A stretch of 64,000 bases of DNA. Origin: Methylobacter sp. (GTDB taxonomy: Bacteria > Pseudomonadota > Gammaproteobacteria > Methylococcales > Methylomonadaceae). This document shows positions 58,608-64,000 of this stretch, piece after piece. The DNA is taken from the NCBI GenBank assembly GCA_047920955.1, contig JBLRXA010000001.1:1200-65199 (forward strand), in the 5' to 3' direction. Position 1 is the first letter of the stretch. Each line of letters starts with the position of its first letter. The notes beneath the pieces are model-generated. The model saw nothing but the letters and a program-made list of their open reading frames with translations. It did not search any database and was not told the DNA's origin. The position numbers and the translations under genes are program-made.

Positions 58608-61600
58608 TCAATTGGGCCGGGTCCACTCTGCCGGCGCCCGCCACTGCGCGATCCAGGCGGCGAATTCAGAGGCCGGCATCGGTTTGGCAATGCCGTAGCC
58701 TTGCGCTTGGTGGCAGCCCATTTGCAACAGGGCACTGCCGTGTTCGATCGATTCGACGCCTTCGGCAATGACCTCGCGGCGGAAAGATTCGGCCAAACCG
58801 ATAACACCCTGCACGATCGCCAAATCATCCTCGTCGTCCAGCATATCGCGGACAAAAGTCCTGTCGATTTTTAACGTCTCCACCGGCAGATGTTTGAGGT
58901 AACTGAGCGAGGAATAACCGGTGCCGAAGTCATCAAGGGCAAATTTTACCCCTAAGGCTTGGCATTCTTTAATCACCTGCGAGGTCAGCGACAAATCGGA
59001 CAAGGCTTCGGTTTCCAGTATTTCCAGTTGGAAATAGGCCGGTTTGGCCGTTGGATAACGCTCGAAGGCGTAATACAGTTGCAGCACGAAATCTTCGGTT
59101 TGCAACGAGCGGGCCGAGACGTTGACGCTGGTCTGTATCTGCAGGCCCGACTGCTGCCACGTTTCAATGTGTTGCAATGCTTTGTCGATCACCCAGCTGT
59201 CGAGTTTGACGGCAAATTCATTGTTTTCAATCAGCGGCAAAAAATCGCCCGGCATGACCAATCCGCGATCAGGATGGCGCCAGCGTATCAAGGCTTCCGC
59301 GCCGAACACCGTGCCCTGCTGCATGTCGATTTTGGGTTGGAAAAACAGCTCGAATTCTTCGTTATTAAGCGCCAGTTCAATACGGTTGAGTGCCTCGCGG
59401 TGCGCATGGAGTTGGCGGTCCAATGCTGAATCATAGATTTGGAAACAGTTTTTGCCGGATTGTTTGGCCTGGTACATGGCCTGGTCGGCGTGGCGCAATA
59501 GGGTGTCAGGGTCGGTGTTGTCTTCAGGGAAAATGCTGATGCCGATGCTGGCGGAGACGGAGACGGTCTGGCCTTTCAAGGCAACGGGTTCGCTGATGAC
59601 TTCCAGCAGGCGATGTAAGGTGGCCTCGCAATCTTCAGCCCGTTCCAGCCCCAGCAACAAAAACACAAATTCATCGCCGCCTAAACGCGCCAGCGTGTCG
59701 GCTTCGCGTAGGGTGTGTTGGATACGGCGGGCAATTTCTATCAGCAGCCGGTCGCCCGCTTCATGCCCCAGTTTGTCGTTGACCGGTTTGAAACCGTCCA
59801 AGTCGAGATAGCCTACCGCCATTAAACAATGGTCGCGCCGGGTTTGGGCAAAAGCCAAGTGCATACGGTCGGCCAATAAAAGGCGGTTCGGCGCGCCAGT
59901 GAGCGGATCGTAGTGGGCAATACGTTCGAGCTTATGTTGATGTTCTTTCAGCTGGGTAATATCCGACGATGTGCAAATGTAATGGGTAATGTTGTCCAGC
60001 TTGTCGGCCACTGCGGAAATCGTCAGCCATTCGGCAAGCAGTTCACCGTTTTTTTTGCGGTTCCAAACTTCGCCGCTCCAGTGGCCTTGTTCGTCGATGG
60101 CCTGCCAGATGGTTTCGTAAAAAGCGGCGTCATGAAGGCCAGATTTAAGCAGGCTAGGTTGTTCGCCCAACACGTCGTCCCGCGAATAACCGGTGATGCG
60201 GTTGAATGCGGGGTTCATGTCAATGATGTTGCGCTGGGCATCGGTGATCAGGATGCCTTCTTGGGTGCTGGCAAAAACGCTGGCGGCCATGCGCTGGCCT
60301 TGTTCGATTTTTTTCCGGTAACTGATTTCCCGTCGCAAGCGCAGATTCCATGCGGCAATCAACGCCATTAGCAATAACGCGGCGACAGCGTAGAGCAGCA
60401 CGGTTTCGGATTTTATCCCAGCCGTATATTTTAAGCTCATCCAGCGGTTTTGTATGGCTTCCTTTTCGGCGGCGGGAATGGCATCCAATACCTTATCCAG
60501 CAGACTCACCAGTTCGGGATTGGCCATGGTCGCCGCCATACGGTGCTGGCTTTTGTAAGGCGTGTCCCCGGAAAAACCGAGGTTAAGCATACCTTCCCGT
60601 TTAATCGCATAATTTGCCGAAGCGGCATCGCCAATATAAGCATGAGCCTTGCCGCTACTGACTTTGGTCAAGGCTTCACGGACATTGTTGACCGGTATCA
60701 GTTGTATTTCAGGATAATCCTGCATCAGCAGTTCGCCAATGAAATAGCCTTTTTCCACGGCCACCCGTTGGCCGTTCAAGCGTTTTAGCGTACCGATAAA
60801 GCCGTTATTGCTGTCGCTGATAATGATGGCCGGGGTTTGCAGATAGGCTTTTGTAAACAGCAAATAGCGTTCACGTTCGGGCGTTTTATTGGCATTGACG
60901 AGCATATCCAGCTCGCCGTGCTGCGCCATTTCCAGCGTTTGCATCCAAGATGCGGTTTTGATGATGTCTAGCTTTACGCCCAACCGTTGCCCGACTTGAG
61001 CCAAATAATCCGCGCTCAGGCCGACGTAATGGCCTTTGCTGTCAATCCATTCGTAAGGCGCAAAATCAGGGTCTACGCCAACCCGAATGACGGGGTGTTT
61101 TTGTAGCCACGCTGTTTCAGCCGGTGTGAAATTAAGCATGTCCGCTGTTGTCTGTCCGTAAATAAAACCATCCAGGCGATTGATGGAATTGACCAAGCCC
61201 AGTTGCCGATAAATGTCGGCAATACGTTGAAAGCGTTTGATGTCGGAGTGGCCGATAGGGACGGCTTCCGGTACGATCATTTTGACCGTTTCTTGGGCTT
61301 CAAAGCGCAAATGCTCGGCGGAAAGGCGGTGGTTGGCGTTGTATTTGTCGAGGATAAGCCCGATTATTTCGGCCTGATGCTGGAGCGCATAATTCCAGCC
61401 TTTCAGCGAGGCGCGCAAAAAGCGCCGGACACGGTCGGGATGCCGGTTTATTTCCTGTTCTGTGGTGAACAGGTTATCGCTCAAAAAATCAACGCCATAA
61501 CTGCGCGGGTCGATAATGTTGATGTCGATGCCTTTGTTTTGGAAGTAATTAAGCTGATCGGTGAGATAGCCGATTTGGGCATCGGTTTTGCCGGTGATCA

Positions 61601-62111
61601 GGTCGTCAGGATTAAAGGAATTGTCCAGATGGATAAAGTCATCGGCTGTAATGCCGGTTTCATGGAGCATGGCGCGTAGCGGCGCATTGTCATAATTGTC
61701 CTCCATGACGCGCTTGCCTTTGAGTTCGTAAGGGCTGACGATGCCGGACCTTTTTAAGGTGAAGTAAACCAGTGGGCTATGCTGAAAAATCGATGCCAAC
61801 ACCACCACCGGTTTGCCGCTTAAACGGTGTTCCAGCAGGCTGGTATCGGCTACGCCGTATTCGGATTTGCCGCTGAGGACTTGTTCGATATTATCGATGC
61901 CGGGCGTACGTTCGAGGAGGGTCACATCGAGCTGTTCCGCCGCGTAAAAGCCTTTTTCCTTAGCCGCATAATAACCGGCAAACTGGAAAGCATGTAACCA
62001 TTTGAGTTGCAGGGAAACTGATTCGGTGGGCACTGAAGGTTCGGCCAGTAAGGGCGGTAAATGGAAGGTCAGGCACCCTAAAGCAATTAGCCGGAAGAGA
62101 AGCATAATCAT
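58608..62111 (-). CDS. Diguanylate cyclase/phosphodiesterase with NMT1/THI5-like and SBP periplasmic domains, PAS, GGDEF and EAL
   Basis: LKWLHAFQFAGYY, VGVDPDFAPYE, PAS, READ I-site, GGDEF, EAL, DDFGTGYSS. Confidence 0.95.
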   Translation of the reverse strand: MIMLLFRLIALGCLTFHLPPLLAEPSVPTESVSLQLKWLHAFQFAGYYAAKEKGFYAAEQLDVTLLERTPGIDNIEQVLSGKSEYGVADTSLLEHRLSGKPVVVLASIFQHSPLVYFTLKRSGIVSPYELKGKRVMEDNYDNAPLRAMLHETGITADDFIHLDNSFNPDDLITGKTDAQIGYLTDQLNYFQNKGIDINIIDPRSYGVDFLSDNLFTTEQEINRHPDRVRRFLRASLKGWNYALQHQAEIIGLILDKYNANHRLSAEHLRFEAQETVKMIVPEAVPIGHSDIKRFQRIADIYRQLGLVNSINRLDGFIYGQTTADMLNFTPAETAWLQKHPVIRVGVDPDFAPYEWIDSKGHYVGLSADYLAQVGQRLGVKLDIIKTASWMQTLEMAQHGELDMLVNANKTPERERYLLFTKAYLQTPAIIISDSNNGFIGTLKRLNGQRVAVEKGYFIGELLMQDYPEIQLIPVNNVREALTKVSSGKAHAYIGDAASANYAIKREGMLNLGFSGDTPYKSQHRMAATMANPELVSLLDKVLDAIPAAEKEAIQNRWMSLKYTAGIKSETVLLYAVAALLLMALIAAWNLRLRREISYRKKIEQGQRMAASVFASTQEGILITDAQRNIIDMNPAFNRITGYSRDDVLGEQPSLLKSGLHDAAFYETIWQAIDEQGHWSGEVWNRKKNGELLAEWLTISAVADKLDNITHYICTSSDITQLKEHQHKLERIAHYDPLTGAPNRLLLADRMHLAFAQTRRDHCLMAVGYLDLDGFKPVNDKLGHEAGDRLLIEIARRIQHTLREADTLARLGGDEFVFLLLGLERAEDCEATLHRLLEVISEPVALKGQTVSVSASIGISIFPEDNTDPDTLLRHADQAMYQAKQSGKNCFQIYDSALDRQLHAHREALNRIELALNNEEFELFFQPKIDMQQGTVFGAEALIRWRHPDRGLVMPGDFLPLIENNEFAVKLDSWVIDKALQHIETWQQSGLQIQTSVNVSARSLQTEDFVLQLYYAFERYPTAKPAYFQLEILETEALSDLSLTSQVIKECQALGVKFALDDFGTGYSSLSYLKHLPVETLKIDRTFVRDMLDDEDDLAIVQGVIGLAESFRREVIAEGVESIEHGSALLQMGCHQAQGYGIAKPMPASEFAAWIAQWRAPAEWTRPN

Positions 62112-62337
62112 CAGTTATTCAATGTTTTCGGTTTTGGTCTGTGAGAAGCGGCATAGTATGCCCGTAATTTAATACTTACAGCCTTTTCTTTTTGGGGCGG
62201 GGAAAACGGCTGCCCATTTAAAGCGGGACAAACATGTTGAAGCGGGCTTGGCAGGTCTGCCTCGTGTTAAGTTGATGGCCAAAATGGACATTTTTTCAAT
62301 CAGCACCCGTTTAAAATGCAGTCCACAGGCCACCTTA

Positions 62338-62376
62338 TGTAGCGGGTACGGGTGTCGCCGGGCAACCCGGCTTACA
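62338..62376. repeat. GTAG-type REP-like hairpin
   Basis: TGTAGCGGGT...ACCCGGCTTACA inverted ends. Confidence 0.45.
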
Positions 62377-62506
62377 GGTACAGCGAAGAAGGCGTCAGAT
62401 TTACTGGACAAATATGTCGTCCGGAGCGAAAAATAACACGCCAGAAGGCTCATTGCCCAATGATGATGCCGGGGCTTTGGCTTTGGCTTTGGCTGTGGTT
62501 GAGTGT

Positions 62507-63481
62507 TTACTTGCCCTGTAGCACATGAAAAGCATCGGCGTAAATGTCGTTCATTGACGCGCCTTTCATAAAAGCCATGCGTTTGGTCTGGTTGACCATG
62601 TCCGGATGCCCGCACAGAAACACCCGCCAGCCGCTTAAAGATTCGGTGGACGATAGCGCGATGTCGTGGGCGCGGCCACGGGCATGACCCGAATCGGCGT
62701 CGGCACCGGAAAGGCAGGGCGTGTAATGGACATTGGCGAATTTTGCCGAAATTTCGCGCATTTCATCGATGAAATACAGGCCGTTCAGGTCGCGGCTGCC
62801 ATGGAACACATGAATGGGGCCGGTGTGCCCTTGTGCCAGCGCGTCGGCCAGTATGCCGTACAACGGCGCCAGACCGCTGCCGGTTCCAACCAGCATCAGC
62901 GGTTGTTCAGCGCGTCCGGGCAAGTAATGGCAAGCGCCTTGCGCTTCCGACAGGATGACGCGCTCACCTAAGGCGGCCCCATCATGCACCCAGCCGCTGA
63001 ACTGGCCATTCGGCAGGCGGCGGATATGAAATTCGAGGATATTTTTAGGGTGCGGGATGTTCGCAATCGAATAGCTGCGGGTCAAGCCGTCAAGCCGTTT
63101 CAGGTTGACAAACTGACCGGCGAAAAAAGTGAACGGGGTTTGGCACTCCAGCACCAGACGCATGATGTCGGGTGTCAGCGTCTGTTTTTCGATGATGACG
63201 GCTTCAATAGCCGCACTTTGCTGATTAGGCAGTGCCACGGTCATAGCCTGTTCGGGATGGCAGATGCAGGCCAGAAAATAGTTCTGCTTTTGCAGGGTGT
63301 CTTTTAGCCCGGTTTGGGCTGAAACAGGTGGAGGGGTATCAAGACTGCGCATCATGCAGGCTTGGCAAAGGCCTTGGCGGCAACCGTTGGGGATTTTTAC
63401 GTTTTCCCTTAATAGGGTTTCCAGTACGGTTTCATCTTGTTGGCAGGAAAATGTCGATTCGCCAATAGTTATGCTTTGCAT
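62507..63481 (-). CDS. 2Fe-2S / FAD / NAD(P)H oxidoreductase
   Basis: CRQGLCQAC...LAC ferredoxin, AGQF, RSYSIAN, GTGSGLAP, LCGHP. Confidence 0.93.
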   Translation of the reverse strand: MQSITIGESTFSCQQDETVLETLLRENVKIPNGCRQGLCQACMMRSLDTPPPVSAQTGLKDTLQKQNYFLACICHPEQAMTVALPNQQSAAIEAVIIEKQTLTPDIMRLVLECQTPFTFFAGQFVNLKRLDGLTRSYSIANIPHPKNILEFHIRRLPNGQFSGWVHDGAALGERVILSEAQGACHYLPGRAEQPLMLVGTGSGLAPLYGILADALAQGHTGPIHVFHGSRDLNGLYFIDEMREISAKFANVHYTPCLSGADADSGHARGRAHDIALSSTESLSGWRVFLCGHPDMVNQTKRMAFMKGASMNDIYADAFHVLQGK

Positions 63482-63502
63482 GGTCTCCACCTGGTATTTC
63501 GC

Positions 63503-63889
63503 TTATTTGCCTAAAATGTCTTTACGGGTGCTTTCGGCAATGGCTGCCGCTTGGGCAATCAAGTCTGCCGGTACATTCAGCTCGGTCAGGGTGGCGCCAA
63601 GATGTTCCATAACAGCATCAAAATGGCTGTCATTCAAACCCATTTTGACCAGATGCGCATGGGCAGTACGCATATCTGCGCCGCTGTAATTATTGGGGCC
63701 GCCAAATGCCATGGTCAAAAAAGCCTTTTGTTTGGCGGCTTGTTTTTCCATGTCGGCATTGTCGAAAAAACGGTTAATGCGGTAGTCCGATAATACTTTG
63801 CGGTAAAAAATATCGACGGCGGCATTAACGGCCGCTTCGCCGCCGAGTTTTTCATACAGTGATTGGCTGTTTTCTTGTGCTTCGCTCAT
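63503..63889 (-). CDS. Group I truncated haemoglobin (GlbN-like)
   Basis: SLYEKLGG, FYRKV, AFGGPNNYSG, AHAHL proximal His. Confidence 0.95.
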   Translation of the reverse strand: MSEAQENSQSLYEKLGGEAAVNAAVDIFYRKVLSDYRINRFFDNADMEKQAAKQKAFLTMAFGGPNNYSGADMRTAHAHLVKMGLNDSHFDAVMEHLGATLTELNVPADLIAQAAAIAESTRKDILGK

Positions 63890-64000
63890 TATTGTCTCCA
63901 GTAGAGTAGTGGGTCGTTATTATTATTTAAGCAGCTTTGCTCAAGCCGAAGTTTATAACAACAGCGCAATTTATGCTATATAAAACTTTTACAAGTTATA

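Noticed and set aside
62140-62155. TGTGA-N6-GCATA possible second CRP site near the GGDEF-EAL gene
   Set aside because: Only 8/10 match with no supporting promoter geometry; expected by chance in 64 kb
62169-62615. 148-aa ORF with PKPKPKP/HHH and a CCAAAG x3 microsatellite
   Set aside because: Overlaps the reductase 3' end, crosses a REP-like hairpin and has no protein-like features; the hexamer repeat is too short to be informative
1-64000. CRISPR array, tRNA, rRNA, prophage or integron
   Set aside because: No regularly spaced repeat-spacer units, RNA gene signatures, integrase or phage structural genes recognised
63940-64000. NsrR/Fnr site upstream of the truncated haemoglobin
   Set aside because: AT-rich but no clear consensus match, and the region is cut by the window end

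Overview
Chromosomal window from a gammaproteobacterium; the protein styles and intergenic repeats suggest a Methylococcaceae-like methanotroph, but that assignment is inference only. The housekeeping backbone is purM, polA, cbpA/cbpM/hsp20, rnfB, apaGH, mpl, trpDC, murI, hisBHAFIE, tatABC and mtnBDC. Accessory blocks interrupt it: the end of an IS4-family element at the left edge, a SNF2-helicase/SWIM pair, a Fur-boxed TonB-dependent receptor, a Wzm/Wzt surface-glycan cluster, a heavy-metal RND operon, one intact and two decayed toxin-antitoxin loci, a GGDEF-EAL sensor and a truncated haemoglobin/reductase pair. The best candidate for an undescribed system is at 24601-30295. There a Crp-family regulator is divergent from an operon for a FecR + barrel protein, a CHASE2 class III nucleotide cyclase and a TPR/beta-barrel outer-membrane protein. 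The cyclase has non-adenylate specificity residues, the Crp has a remodelled cNMP pocket, and a CRP box at class II spacing lies upstream of the operon. The second candidate is a RAPP-ending, His-containing leader ORF upstream of the metal efflux operon. The ORF track misses two small ORFs, the IS transposase start and a probable group II intron 5' fragment. All calls are by-eye motif recognition; no searches were run.
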